From: Spizellomyces punctatus DAOM BR117
Taxonomy: Eukaryota
DNA: 64,000 bases
Assembly (NCBI GenBank): GCA_000182565.2
Contig: KQ257460.1
Direction: 5' to 3' (one strand)
This document shows positions 26,478-41,081 of this stretch, in pieces. The notes beneath the pieces are model-generated. The model saw nothing but the letters and a program-made list of their open reading frames with translations, did not search any database and was not told the DNA's origin. The position numbers and the translations under genes are program-made. The first letter of the stretch is position 1. Each line of letters begins with the position of its first letter.

Positions 26478-29322
26478 ATGGCAAACAGGAAACTGTTAGG
26501 TATGCAGAATCTCTTTTTTTGCACAGTCAGTGGGACGAAAGCGAGAGATGGCATATTGCGAGCTTGCTGTCATGTATTTTTGAAAAGCTCTTGGCTCACA
26601 TTGTTTCTTTTACAGGAGAGATTGATAAGGTTCTCAAAAGGGTTGCGGAAGGCGTCGAGATCTTCAGGGAGACATTTGACAAACTCGATGCTGCCACAAC
26701 ACCAGCTCAAAAAGAGAAGTATGAGGGAGACCTCAAGAAGGAAATCAAGAAGCTACAACGGTTGCGAGATCAGATAAGAACATGGCTCTCATCAAGCGAC
26801 ATTAAAGACAAGAGAAATCTTGAAGAGAATCGGCGACTCATTGAGGAGGTACGCATGGCGATCGCCTAGCCATACGGAACCGTTGCTGTAAACGAGCCCT
26901 TATCGCTAATGCTCTTCGTCTACTGTAGCAAATGGAGCGATTTAAAGCTGCAGAAAAGGCCCTCAAGCTGAAAGCATTCTCAAAAGAAGGTCTCTTGCAG
27001 CCGCAAAAGTATGATCCAGAAGTGAAAGAAAGAGAAGACCTGGAGGACTGGATATCGGACACTGTAAAAGAATTGAATCGACAGGTTGAAGTTTTTGAGG
27101 CCGAGCAAGAAAGTCTACAATTGCAAGCACGAAGAGGACGCAAAGGGGGCGATGCGGCAAAGGCAGAGCGTTTAGCAGCAATTGACCATCAGCTCGAGCG
27201 ACATAAATGGCACATGACACAACTAGAAATCATTCAACGAATGGTTGCGAACGAAGAGCTGAAGGTCGAACAGGTAGGAGAAGACTTGATTTGGAAAATA
27301 CTTGATAAAGACACTTACTAATTCCACGCCACAATACCGTGTTAGGTTAAAGCCATAAAAGAAGATGTAGATTACTACGTCAAAAACAACCAGGATCCAG
27401 ATTTCGATGAAAATGAATACCTTTATGAGGATCTGGATCTTGAGAATCTGGAAGCATATGGTCTCAAGCCGGACGATGGTCATGAGGAGGGAGGATATGG
27501 TACGTGATTCAGATCATATCTCAGAGTAACGGCCCGGCTCATACTTACAACTGTATTCAGAACCCCAAACACCGCCCAAGGAGAAGGATGTATGTACCTC
27601 TTATGTACCTCTGCCTGACAATGGATCTGTCGCATTGAGCTTTTATATTTTTCAGACTGCCGAACTTAATCTCACAACTCCAGCCCGAGATGCGAAGCAT
27701 CATGACGACTCGGCCAAGCGAAAGTCATCAAAGGATAAAACTGACCTTGAGGATGTAAGTCCTGATCGGCCTCGGCTGTGGCGGAATTTAACAAGCAGTA
27801 TGTACGCTGACTACTACCTGAACTGGTAGATTACGACCCCAACCAAGACAGCGATCGTAAAGGCTGCCGCGAGAGTAGCAGGTAGAATCTATGCTTGTAA
27901 GCATGCCTCTGAACCTCTGTTTGCTGAACACTGGCAATTTATCAGCAGTTCCGAAAGCACCAGCTCCGGTACCAGTGCCGGTGCCAGTCCCAGCGCCTGT
28001 TCCAGTTAAAACGCCTGTGAAAGCTGTGCCAATCACAACACGTCCCGTTGTTGCGACTCCGCGGGCTCCGGAGCCAGCCCCTGTGCCAAATATCACGCAA
28101 CGATATTCGGCGGCAGCAGCTGCTTCAACACCGGACAGCGCAACTCGAGCTGGCGCATCGCAACCCGTTGCTGCAGATAAGCGAGCAGTTCCAAAAGGTG
28201 GGATATGCAGGATCGTATGAAGTTCGATGGCCGTGCCTACAAGTATTTATTTCGTCAAATTTAGCACGCGTCGTCGAAGAATCACAACCTGCTGCGATCC
28301 CTTCACCCTCTTCGCTACCAACTCCTCCGGCTCAACCCCCGTCAGGGACACATCCACCTCTACCTGTTGCGGCTTCATCGTCTGGAGTCGTGGAATCCTC
28401 TCCATCTGCTGTTCCTTCCGGTAGCATAGTAAAAGTAGGGGTCATTTGCTTGGGCAAACTATGGAGCGATAGCATCTCACATTGGTTGTATTTTTATAAT
28501 AGCAAGCAGCTCCGACAGCACCGACAGATCCAGCCAAGGACGATGCCGCGGCAGAGCCCATCGACAACCGATTACCCCCAACACTTGCTGACTTGGTACA
28601 GTCATTTGAAGCGACTCGTGACCGATGTAAGAGCACCATGCTCGTGCTATTTGTCGAATCTATCTAATGAGGATTGTCATTAGCCACAAGAGCGAAGGAT
28701 GACTCAAGTTTCCTTCAAGAAATGTTGCAGACGAGTTTCCAATTCTTACCGGATCCGCTTGATTCTGAAAGGTAAACAGATTGACTGATCCTTCTTGAGG
28801 AAAGCATGCTCACAGAGGCTGACCTCTCGTAGACCGAAGCACTATATTCCTAAAAACCCCTACCCAGTGCCCACGTACTACCCCCAATTACCACTCCCTC
28901 TTTTTGAGAATCCCAGTGTATTTGAGAAATTCGACACCGATGTACTGTTTTTCATCTTCTACTACCAGCAGGGAACATATCAGCAGTACGTGTTCGGTCA
29001 GCTTCGTCTTGTGAGCGGAGATATGTTAATTCAGCAGCGTTTGTGGCAGATACCTAGCAGCACGGGAATTGAAACGGCAATCGTGGAGATTTCACAAAAA
29101 GTACCTAACGTGGTTTCAACGGCATGAAGAGCCAAAGCAGATAACAGACGAATACGAGCTTGGGACATATATTTACTTTGACTACGAAGGAGCTTGGTGT
29201 CAAAGAAAGAAAGCAGATTTCCGGTATGTTTCAGCCTCCCATTGGTCAGAACAGACCCTCAGTTTGTAAATGTTTGCATGTGCAGATTCGAGTATCGATA
29301 CCTGGAGGATGCAGAAATGTAA
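26478..29322 (+). CDS. NOT3: CCR4-NOT complex subunit Not3/Not5 (CNOT3)
   Basis: [55 protein letters not shown], and NOT-box [43 protein letters not shown]. Confidence 0.95.
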
Positions 29323-30174
29323 AGATTGTATTTAAGATGTTCTCTGGTCAATAACACGAAATACCACCAGCGTTGTCAGAGTGTGGATGCAAAGGCTGTT
29401 GTGTTGTGTTAAGATGATCATCGCCACGCATGCTTTGAGTCTTCATCCAAGACTATATGTGGCTATGAGCTGTCCCCAATGGTTGAGAAGAGGTTACTAA
29501 ATTCATCAAGCAATGACCGCTGGTTTCAATTCAATGGACTAAAAACAGAGTGCATCATATTCATCAACCCGGGCAACATAATTGGCAGATGCAAGTAGCA
29601 AGAAACATAAAATTGGGAATGGGAATGAGAGGAAGCATCTTCCAACTCTAATTGAAGCATTCATGCTTATGACCAACCGCCCGGAACGAGCAAGCCCGAC
29701 TCTGTTAGGTAGGTTCTGCATGATCTTGATCTACGACAGAGAACGCAGTGGCTCCTAAAGGCTGGTGCTTCTGCTGTGTGGCGCGCCATTAGGTTAAGTT
29801 TATAAGTACCGTTTGCTGTAGCATTTCAGTCGTGCTTGTAAGCGCCAAATGTTCCCCAAAACGTGGGTCATGGTAATCATGGCAGCGTATATGAAAGGTA
29901 TCCACATATTTGTAGATTGGAGAGACTGGAGACATTTAGAACGGGAAGATCGGCAAGCCACGCGAGTAAATGGTGATCTGAAGCAGATACCGACTCAATG
30001 GAGAGTTCTGTCTGGGAATGCGGAAAAGTGTCCTTTGACTAGAACCTCAAAATGCTGAACGACATTGATGGAATAGATGTATCATGTTTATGTATCTACA
30101 AAACTGTACAATGAAAAAAATAATAAAATGCCCTCATGTCCAGTCCAACATCCCATACCGACCCCATTCACACG

Positions 30175-31376
30175 TTACTCATTTTCCACTTTTTGAATGG
30201 CTTCCATCTTCCTTCTCCTCCTCGCAGCACCCACTCCCTCCTTTTTCAATGCGTATGGATCATCTTCTTCCCCATCAATGTCCACAAACTCATCATCAAA
30301 CGTATCCAGCGATGGGGTTGAGCCATATTTACGAGGATTTGATGAAACAAATGGCGAGGACCGACCATATCCCGCTCCAAGACATTGTGAACAGTACCAT
30401 TTGCCTTTTGGAGGTTGGATGAGGCCCACACAGGCGAGGTGGAACCACTCTATTGGACACTGTTGATGTTCGTGGTGCATTAGCATAGGAAGCTCAACGT
30501 TATAATACAGGTATATCAACTCACGTTTTCATTGTCACAAGCGACCATCTCCCCATACGAAACTTGCTGACAAATGCAGTATGGTGTTTGATCCTCGTCG
30601 TCAGATCCTCCACCATTCCGCTTGAAGCTGGTCCCGCCATCTGCACCAGTCCGTTGCCGAGTCCGCCGTCTAGCAGGAGTTTGATCATCGGTATATGTTC
30701 GCCTTCGTTTGCGTGATCCAGGCTTGTCCTCGTCTTCCCACTTTTCCAGAGCCTTCTCTAGTCGTGCATAGTGTGCATTAAACTGTGACAAATCATGGTC
30801 GCATTAGCGTCCAACGGCTGCAAGATCATTCAGTCGCTTCTTGCTAAGTTACATACCTGATCTAAGACCGTCTGACTAGTTTCCACCTTCCGTTCCGCTT
30901 GTTCCATCGCAGCTTGATAATCCCTCCTATACCCAATCAAAGCCCCGCGCGCGTCCTTGTCAGCACCAATGACGACAGGACCACCGTTCGTCGCAGAAGA
31001 CCGCCTCTGCTTCATAATAGCCGCATACGAACGCGAATTGTGACGCATTGATTCAACAATATTATGGAATCTTTCGTCGAGGTCGCGGAGAACGGTCATG
31101 TTGAAGGAAATTTCGGCAGGGAGATTGGAGATGGCTGTATATATGAAACGGCAAAACAAGATGACCATTAATTAGTTGGTTGCCCCATCGATTAAAAGGC
31201 TTTCATTCACTGGCCGTCACACCCTGCCAAGATCACACTCTGCGGCCTGACATGATACCCAGTCGAATTATCCGCCATCACCCTGATCCCCACCCAGATG
31301 AATAGACAAGAACTGGAAGCGTACATTCTAAATAATCCGACAGAAATTCATCAACGTTCGCGGTAGCTGCTGCCAT
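30175..31376 (-). CDS. ING-family PHD finger protein (Yng2/Pho23/ING-like)
   Basis: DYLE|..NLPAEISFNMTVLRDLD ING domain; PHD YCICQQVSYGEMVACDNEN|CPIEWFHLACVGLIQPPKGKWYCSQC. Confidence 0.92.
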
Positions 31377-32096
31377 GTTTCGCCGATTGAGCGACTCAAA
31401 AGTCCACTTTTAACAACGTCAACGCAGAGAAGCCAGCCAGATCGTCAATGTTCCGGATTTTCCCGCCTTTGAAACCTCGGTTGTCCCACCAAAAAATGCG
31501 GAAAATGAAATCCAATAGCTAGGATACGTGTATGTGATTTTCAGGCAGCAATCCCTAGCAAAACTGTCCAGAGAAAGTCGCCCATGCACTGTCGATCAAG
31601 CTGTAATCAAAAGTAAGAAATCGAAAAGCCAAAAAGAAAGTCGACACAAAGCCCAAAGCCCAAAAACGTTAAAAGCAATGATTCAATTGTGGCACCGACA
31701 AACTGCGGATTTCAACTATTTTTAATGCAGTCACGTGCATGATCGATATTGATTACTTTGATGACGAGTGTGCGATCGCACATTAAACATATGGAGGAAA
31801 AATGTTGAGCTGTAGCGAGTGTTATCTTAAGGAAGGCACTTGGATATACACTATGTAAAAGCCTTTTTCACTACAGTAAACTATGCTTATATACAAGCAC
31901 TTCGCTCAGCAGTGAGGCAGGTCATGTGTTTTTCAGATCACACGGGGAATCCCTATTTGTATTGCAAGATAAACAATATAACAACGTCCGACTACAAACA
32001 AACTATCCTACAATAACGCACTGACATTACAATTATATGTAGCTATAGACTAAGGAACAATAATAATCTACACGAAATTCAAATACTTTAGCATAG

Positions 32097-33837
32097 TCAT
32101 ACTTTGATCTCTTCATGGATGGATTCTTCTTCATGCGTTCCTTCCAACCCTTCACAAAGGGCATCGACAATCTCCGCCCAATCCGATGACGGCCGATCCG
32201 CAGTCTCGCTCTCCAACGCAATCGTAGCGCGCCGGCTGACATGATTGTGGTTTACCGATGGGGAACGCTCAGTTGATCGTGGACGATATTTGTTCATAAG
32301 CGCCGATGGCAATGGCGGCGTTGCAGGAGCATGCTTGAACAGAACCTTTTCATCGCGGGGCTTCATTTTGCTCCCTGGTTTTGATGTAGAGGAGTCGTCT
32401 GTTTTCATGGTAACTGTTGAGCTCGCACTCTCACTATCCTGTGTCAATGTCTTTGCGACAGGGAGGGATTTAACCCAAGCTTCGGTATGATTTACTTTAT
32501 CAGGCTGGGCGGGGTCGTAAATTTGTCCAGTCAGAGCTGTCGCCATTGTCAAGACGTTCACGCTTCGTGGAGTACGGTCCTGGCGACGCGGTTTGTTTAG
32601 GCGGCCAGAACGCCTGCAGAAGCGTAGGAATCGAGGTGTTGCCCAAAAGTACACAACCGAGTTCAGAAAGCCTTGCAGCGGTGCGGAAACCTATGATGGA
32701 TGTGGTGTGAGATCCAGTCACAAGTTTTGAAGTGACCAAGGTGGTGCGTACCGCATGGAGAATGAAAAGCCCATAGATTGGATACGTTGGATCCGCCATG
32801 TTTTGAATGCGGTTTACGGTTGGTATAAGCCAGTTGATAAAAAAGGCTAACAGGTAGAAGGACGTTTTCAGGATGTATCTCTTTATCGCGGCAGAGGTGC
32901 GCTGCGAGGGAATCGAAATGCCACGCCTGTTGAACGGCACTTCGAGCGAACTTGTTAGGCTGCAGAATGCACGAAAATGTTTAGCAGAAAGCTTCAATTA
33001 TCGCTTTGCTGTACAAACGTACCGTCGGTTACCCCTCCATACAATCCATCCAATCGTCATATACCCAAGTACATTGATAATGAATACAGTCCACAATGGA
33101 CCATAAAAGAAAATCATTCTACGTACAGTTAGAAGGATACCACTCACAAACAGCCTCAAAAAACTCCAAGACTCACCTATACGATGTATACTTTCCACCG
33201 ATCCAGCACCAAAACACACTCGGGGCAAATACTGGTCCTTTATCATCTTCCCGTAGCAATTGTAGCACGATTGACGAAATCAACGGTAATCCCCACGCAG
33301 CTGCGTGAAAGTACTTTTCGTAACGCATAAAATCCCGTAGGGGACGGTGCTTGCACACGGCAAAAACAATACTCATCGACATGACTAGAGTCCACACCTA
33401 GAATAGATGTATGAACTCTGTGAGCGAAACAGACCTTGGAAGCAGAGATGTAGCTGAAGTATACCATGGAAGCCTGGATGTATGTCTGGATGATAAATCC
33501 CTGCGCTGAACAGAATGCTTCCGATCCATGTTCAATAGGGAAGCTGTGATGATAAAGTTGATGAATGGATAGGCGATAAGCTCATCAGTTTGCTCCTTCA
33601 GACAGCTTACCTTCCCAGCGATAGCATTATACTGGCAACGAGATCCGCAACCGACATGTAGAACACCAGCCGATTTGTGATACTCTTGAAGCGGGATGCA
33701 AGGAGGTAGGTGCCTAGAATGGAGCACGAACCCAGGATGGACAGACATGATGCTACACGGACAGCGACTTGAATTGATTGAAGCTCTGCGGATGCAAAGG
33801 GGGGCGGAGAAACTGGTGGGGGAGTTGTGGTGCTCAT
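32097..33837 (-). CDS. cAMP-receptor-like / Git3-type 7TM GPCR
   Basis: SCLSILGSCSILGTY, NRLVFYMSVADL, CSAQGFIIQ, YEKYFHAAAWGLP, WCWI, FFYGPLW, FYLLAFFINWLIPTVNRI, PLQGFLNSVVYF; 7 hydrophobic segments. Confidence 0.85.
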
Positions 33838-35154
33838 GATGGCAGGCTTTTGTTTCCTTTATCGTCGGGAGAGACGGCTAGCAACGGCAACGTGCAACGT
33901 CGAGAGCTGTGCCCGCCGAGTGAATCAAGCAATACAAAAACAGCGGGAGAGAACGCATGCAGGATATTTATGATCCTTCGATCGCTGAACTAATGTCTGT
34001 TTATCACACTACACTTATTTTTCCCATGTTCCTATTAATGCCAACAAGATCGGAGTCCAATATGTGATACTCTCCTTAAAGTCCATCCGTCGAATAGTGT
34101 CCACGTCCACGTCTAAATCTACCGCTCTTTAAAGGTCCTCAGCCCCGAGTCTCGCCGCGGAGGCTCAGCCGAGGCATCGTCGTCGGCGATCAGCTGACTC
34201 ATCCGCTTCTTTAGACCAAGTCCAGACTTGAACAGGAGAAGAACTTGACCCTGCAAAGAACTGGTTGGTCTCCTTGGGACCGGTAATTCCCGTCAGTTGC
34301 AGAACATATAAAGTCCTTTTGAGCGCTGCGAGGGTCACCGTTCATCACCTCCTGCTTGTCCCCTCTTCTCTGTCCGTCTACTTTTGGACGTACCAGAAGG
34401 TGGGGTGCGGGTTTGAACTCCCGAAAAGTGTTCCGAAATTTTCGTACAGAGTCCAACGCGTGCAATTAAATGCAACCCCCCCTTGCTTCTAAAGTGTGAT
34501 TTTGTGGACTTCGTGGGACGTTTGGCCCTCAAAACCAAAACAAGTGGATTTGGAGCGTCACTATGCAAGAGAGAGAGGGAGAGCTCCAAAAGGATGATAT
34601 AACGACCCGAGTTTTTAACTTTTTAAAAAGATGCCAGAAACGACTGATATGACGACGTGATACAGCGGAATGTACTGTCAATACTCATAACAAGCAATGC
34701 TGGATGTGGGACTCAACTAAACACTTGTGTGGTCCTTTTCCAGTCATGACAATCGGCGACAGATAGTACACTCAAGGAATCTTTCTGGGACATTGATCAC
34801 TGTCCACAACCAATTAACTGACTTTGGAGACGCCGGAGCAGGTCAATTTGGATCTGCACACAATCCGAACATTACCGCTCAAAAGCTACCTGACGACATT
34901 CGGCGGGGCATATTTTTCATTTTGCGCAATTACTGTGGAATCTGAGAATGGCATGGCCTAGTTTCATCATAAACTTTGGATAGCAAGAGAAGTATTTTAT
35001 GACTGGTGGAAAAGGACAGATAGACTCCACCCATGAGAGCACACCCTGCAGCACGGCGCACGCGAGACACATCACAATCGTACTTTTTCCACTAGAATGC
35101 ATACATATTGCGATAAACCCGCTGTCATCATGCGAAAACGTGCAAACAAGCACA

Positions 35155-36871
35155 TTACAATGTAGCATCTCCATCCTCCTTCAAGACCAATCGCATCTCT
35201 GACCCATCACGCTTGCCAACATGTAAAACATCATGGCGTAACCCTTCACTGTGGTCAGAACTAGCCCAACTATGTGGCCATAGTTCGAAATGTCGCCAGT
35301 TGGCAGGTATAGGTTCTCGATGATGAAAACTCGACGGTCGACTTGAGATCGTGCCCGTAAAACCTGGAACGAGGACGCCGTGATAATCCGACAGTCCGCC
35401 ATCAGAACTTCTCCTTTGCATTGGTTCCACATGAATTTGATCATGCTCTTGGACAAAGGTTGGGCCAGTGGATCGTGCAAGAACAGGCCTGGCACTATCC
35501 CGCCGCCTCTGTGATCCCACCCAAGGCAAATTCCCAGTCCACCCTCCTTCGGCATCAGTGTCAAGATTCATCCCCCTTCGTCGTGCGCGACGCCTACGGA
35601 CTTCCCTCGCAACGGCAGAGACGACGAGGACCACAGTGATGATAAAAATGATGGATGCAAGGCTGATACCGATAATGAGAGCCGGGTTTGAGTTGTTGGA
35701 TCGCGATTGAAAGGCACCAGATGCGCTGGGGTTATTGGATGGTCGAGCAGTAGGATCAGCCCCTGAGGGTGGATCAATGGCTGTCACAAATGTTGTTGAT
35801 GCGCCAGTCTGAAAGACAATGGCGATGAATAGAAGTTTTAATCCTATCAATCAAAAAATCTAAACATACTGTAGCAGGAACGCGATTTATAATCGTGCTT
35901 GTAATCACGACATTTGATGTTCGTTCATTAGGCAGAGCGATAAAGGATGTGATTACTCTGATCGATGTGACGGGAGGAGGAGGGGCGGGCGAAATTGCTG
36001 GGGCGGGTGCGGGTGGTGGCTGCGGGTCAGGCGATGGTGAGGGAGGGACCGGCCTCGGAGCCTGCGCGGTCGAAACAGCAGGTTGGGGTCGAGGCTGCGG
36101 GTCAGGCGATGGTGAAGGAGGGACTGGCTCCGGAGCCGCCGCAGTCGAAACGAAAGGTTGGGGCCGAGGTTGCGGGATAGGTGCTGACGACGGACGCGAT
36201 GACGGTTCGGGTGGCGACGGCGGTTGCGTTGCCGACTGACCGGCCAGCGAACGTCAGATTGGGCCACAAATATCGTCAGGAAATGATATGCTACCTACCG
36301 GAGAAGCAGAAGGGCGTTGACTGGTCTCTGGCCTTGGAGATTCTGGCTGCACCGTGCTAGTTGGTTTAGGGACAATCGCTGTTGACGTGGGGAGAGGAGC
36401 TGATGGACGAGGCTCGGAGGTGGGTTGGGACGGGGATGCAGGTGAGTTGGACTGTGGAGGAGGCGATCGAGACGTTTGGGCGGGTGGTTCGTTTGCTGGG
36501 GCCTGGTCTGGCTGATATTTTCAATCCAAATGTTAGCAATATGCTAGACTCTATCCAACTTGAGCAGTGACAACAGCATAGTAATTCGCCCGACGGTTGA
36601 GCATATATCGCTGCTTTCGTGCGAATTACTTGCAAGATTTGACACTTACCGAGCGCGTTGCTGCTGGAGGAGGTGACCTCGGGCCGTCATCAGCGGCCGT
36701 AGTCGCGGCGTTTCCGACATTACCACTTTCTGTCTCCTGAGGAGCCCGAGGGCCTACTCTGTTATCGCCTTTTCGGTTCTTTACCCCTTCATCTGAAATA
36801 GATCGACGTATTGGGATGAAATCACCTAGGCGTGACTCTAGTAGGAACCTCATGGTGCGGAGGAATGACAT
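35155..36871 (-). CDS. Hypothetical Pro/Ser/Thr-rich single-pass membrane protein (mucin/Mid2-like architecture)
   Basis: Four exons splice in frame by eye. Long P/S/T stalk, TM segment LIIGISLASIIFIITVVLVVSAV, then basic RRRRARRR. Start codon uncertain. Confidence 0.6.
36019..36176 (-). repeat. 75-bp coding tandem repeat (about 2 copies; PQPRPQP.VSTA.AP.PVPPSPSPD)
   Basis: tgcgggtcaggcgatggtga recurs at 36021 and 36096. Confidence 0.85.
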
Positions 36872-37881
36872 GCTTTCCGGAACATGAGAATTGGGCACCT
36901 TCGTCCTTAAATCCGATTTTCTTTTACCCAAATGCCAAGTAAAAAAACAAGAAAGAAAAAGGGCCGCCAGGATATTGTTCAGGGGGGAAGGTGAGCGGGG
37001 AGAACATGATGGATCCAACTGCCATAGCGAACAGATAGCATGACTGTGCCCCTCGATCATTGGCTTTATTGGTTTAAATGGGAGGCAAGTGTCCGAGAGG
37101 ATCGGATGGGGTGACATCACAACAAAAAGTGTGAAAAATGCGCTGAGTTTCTTTATCAATTATCTGTCTGCCCATCAAAAAGTTTTTGAGCGCACACGCA
37201 CTTGCGGTTTAAGCCCTTTTGCCCTGGCTTTGAATGGCGTTGTCACTGTCTTCAGGGTCGATAACACCCACAAGCGGCTCTTGTCGATGCAGAGTTGCAT
37301 GACATGTGTGTGTGTGTGTGTGTGGGTGTGTTTTGATGGTGCGGGGATGACATGGTGCAGTGAATCCTTGCTGCTTTTCGCCGTACGTCCTGCAAACAAG
37401 TGTGTGTGCTCTGCAAACGGAAATTCAAAACGCGTTTTTCTGAAACCCAAAATTGGGTATTTGGGCGGAAGGCGCGTAACCGGAGGAGGGGGCTGGGGGG
37501 ATTGACTTAAGCGACAAAATAACCCAAATCTCTCAAACTGTATTTTCGTCTTGTTTATTCTCTCGATTCGTTGGACTGTTGGGAAAACGACAGCAAGCGG
37601 AAAGGAATTGCCAACTGCCCAAGCAGTGACTGTCATAGAGTCGCACATACGACCGTTGTTGGCGTGACTAACTTCTTACTCATACACCTGCTTTGCGCTC
37701 ACGGATCCCTTTCGGCATCGGCTGTGCCCTCCGCACTTGTTACTGGAGCCGTTTGAGACAAACCACTGCGGACACTAAAGACACCTACACTTTCTCTTGG
37801 TCGTTGGACGGACAACGATAATTGCGGCAGGCTCGCCTCACCGCCACTCCTTGTCTGACTTGATCTTGATTTGTAACCAAC

Positions 37882-39821
37882 ATGGCGTCGGAACAATCAT
37901 CGAACGCAGTCGCCATTCCCACTCCGTCTAAACCTCTCCCGCTAACGCCAAACAGCAACGCATCTTTGAACCTTGCAAAGTCAGCGCCGTCACGATTCCA
38001 TCCCGACACATTGTCATTTTCGGAACAACACCAAGAACAACCGCAACAACTCGTTCCTCCCCTAACCGTCCGCTTGCAGCTTTTTCCGCACTCTGACCGA
38101 CCAGCTCACCACTCGCATCAGCATGACCGCCATCATCACCACTACACAGCCTTTTCATTCACCCCGGTTGAAAAAGACTTGTATCCGGGGGGAATTATTC
38201 GTATTGGTCGAAAGGTGGACAGGCATCATGTTGGACGGGAGAAGACTCGCCGAGGAGACAAGAGCAACAATGTTGCTGATGGCGAAGAGGAAATGGAATT
38301 TGTGATAGGGTCGCCGCCCGTTGCGGAATTGATGGATGAAATGGAAGTGGATCGTGAGACGAGCGAGAATTCATCACAAGAACCCGGGGAAACGATAAAG
38401 AGAAGAGCAGAGTTTATAGCATTCCGAAGCAAGGTTGTCAGCCGAACACATGCCGAGCTTTGGGTCGGAAAGGATGGACAGGTGAGAATATTGTGCATCC
38501 TGACGGCTTCTGGCGAGTGTAAACTGACTGCCGTTACTTGCGCACTCCACAGGTCTTTTTTAGGGACGTGGGAAGTTCTTCCGGAACCTTTCTAAATCGT
38601 CTTCGGTTATCTCCAAGTGGGAAGGAAAGCATTCCTTACAACCTTAAAAACGGCGATGTGGTCCAGTTGGGAGTTGATTATCAGGGAAGACAAGAAGAGA
38701 TTTACAAATGTGTCATGATCAAAATCTTTATAACTGTCAAAGTTGGGTACAAACCCAAGCTGAATCCGCACAGGTAAGGTGAACCGTATGTTAGCTTGAC
38801 GGTACCGACCTGTTTATTAAATGATCCTTGTAGACTCCGCCTTGCAGTCAAGAACCTGGTTATAGCAATGAACCCGAACGCTGACTCGTCAGATCCATCG
38901 ACACATGCCGAAGCGTCAACCGATTGTTGCATTTGTCTGTGCTCAATATCTCCCTTCCAGGCCTTGTTCCTTGCTCCATGCTCTCATTGCTTCCACTACA
39001 AATGTGTCACACCTCTTTTGGGATCCGGCGTCATGTTTTTGTGTCCCATGTGCAGACAGGTGGCAAACCTTGAGGCGAGCGTTGCAGAGGCGGAAAACGA
39101 CGACGAGTGGGAGAACCCTGAAGAGGAGATTGGCACCAACGGGTCGGGTATGGAGCTAACGGTAAACGGACAAGCAAGCGGATCTGCGTCGGGAAGACCG
39201 CGCTCCGTGCGATCCGTGTCTGGTAAACCGAGTCAGGCAGACATGGACTCCCGCATAAAACAAATATTATCAGAAGCTGATACTCCTGTACCTCGCGTCA
39301 CTGCTAACGACCTGGATGCGTTGCTGTCAGATGGAGAAGGGACGTCCGATCCGGCATCTACTACAAACGGTCCTGTGGCGGACGTTGTTGGAAGTCCACC
39401 AGACTCTTGGGGCATCACGCTTGCACGACCAGGAAAGAGTTCCCGAGGAGTTGGTGCCCCGGTCCCAATACAACGAAGTGGAACCAAGGTCAATCATCGT
39501 TTCCGTACCAGTCCAGACTCACCACTTCCTGTCCTCCCCTCTGGGCTAAGCCGCGAAGGTGACCGCAAAGGGGGGCTTGTTGGGGATGTGCCAGAGAACA
39601 TTGCTGCATCCTTGATCGGGCAGTATGCCGCAGTCATGGATGCAATTATTGCCAGTATACCCAAGGGACCAGAACGAGACGAAGTGAAACGCAAAGTGGC
39701 TGAATTAGAAGCACGAAGTACGGATGTTTTAAACGGCGTAAAAGCCAGTGCAAGTACAGGAAAAGGAAAGCAGAAGGCTGGCATGGGGGAAGGGAGTAGT
39801 GACGGTGATGAGGAGGCATAG
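37882..39821 (+). CDS. dma1: FHA-RING E3 ubiquitin ligase (Dma1/Dma2-like)
   Basis: IRIGR, IAFRSKVVSRTHAE, DVGSSSGTFLNRLRLS, LKNGDVVQLGVDYQG, RING CCICL..QALFLAPCSHCFHYKC..CPMCRQVANLE. Confidence 0.9.
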
Positions 39822-41081
39822 AAGGATAACTGTAATGTAGATATTCGGGCTTTGTCGGAATTGATTAGATTTTTTTCATGAATATATGTTTGGTTTTCAA
39901 TATATTGCTATTTGATAAATGCCACCTACTAACAAATACGGATAGGTTTTTAATTTTTCAATCTCCAGCAGGTAGCTGTTCCCGCCCGCTTTTCAACGCT
40001 TGCGGGAATCTTTTATTGACATTATGATTCCACCGATCTGAATTTCGTGTCATCATACTTTTGCTCAAAAGGGTGGCACTATATCGCTTACAAAACTGCC
40101 CGTTGCCCTTTTGCTCACTATGGCTAACATAACCACATTCATCTTGAACGTTGAATATGCGAAACGTGGAGATTTGTTTGCATAGGATATTCTTTAGTAG
40201 TAAAGAAAAATCTATGAACTGATACACGGTGTTGATAGCTTGATTAACGAAAATCGCCAAAGCCGGAAGACCAACATACTACATCAATTACCCAATGCAA
40301 ATTGCCGATGCAACCTATCTGATAGTTCCAAGGAGCATGCTCTGGTCGTATTTGACTATGTTCAAGCCCCATTAAGACTTCATTAACAGCTCCTCCGATG
40401 TATTGAAAAGCTCCAAATAATGTAGTCATCTTTGACCATTTCTGATCGCAGATGTGAGTACAGTAAGAAGCGTGAAATCTAAAGGACTACATCAATCCTG
40501 TAACTACTACTAGGCAATTATACACGCAATACGTAACGGCTCTTCTAAACCGGATAATTTGCCCACCACACGAGAGAAATCCTACTCGCCCTTTGATTCC
40601 GAAATTCTTAGTCGGAGGATGTTTCAGATACTAGGTAGATCAGAATTAGACTGGGAATATGCATGGGAAAATACAAAGATAATGCATACCTGCGATCGTA
40701 GCAATATAGTAGTAGCAGCATTTGCAAGGCGTTATGTTGTTTTTGTCGGGTGGGCGAGGTCCTCGGCACCACCACATCAGCGTTCTCATGATTGATGAGC
40801 GTTGTGCAGATGCTTGTGAGTCGAGGATGGGTAAAGAGGAAAGAGGGGAGAGACAGCAAAAGGCCCCCCTTTTATAGACCTTCGGCATGCGCCTCACCGC
40901 AGTTTAAAAAGTTACATTAGCATGCAATCTGTCAATGTGACCGCGTTCGCGTCAGGGCATCGGTGCACAGTAGTTCCTTAGAAAACGGAGGGAACTTGTG
41001 TTGCCGTTTGCCTTTTTCTCTTTTCCACCGCCGAACGTATTTACGAGTCTTTTGAAGGATACGCAAAGTATCAGAAACAGA

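Noticed and set aside
34195..34202. Gcn4-type site TGACTCAT upstream of the GPCR
   Set aside because: A single 7-8-mer is expected by chance in 64 kb.
35895..36239. Gly-rich plus-strand ORF
   Set aside because: Antisense of the Pro-rich exon of the minus-strand membrane protein.
39958..40429. AT-rich minus-strand ORFs downstream of dma1
   Set aside because: No recognisable motifs or splice structure.
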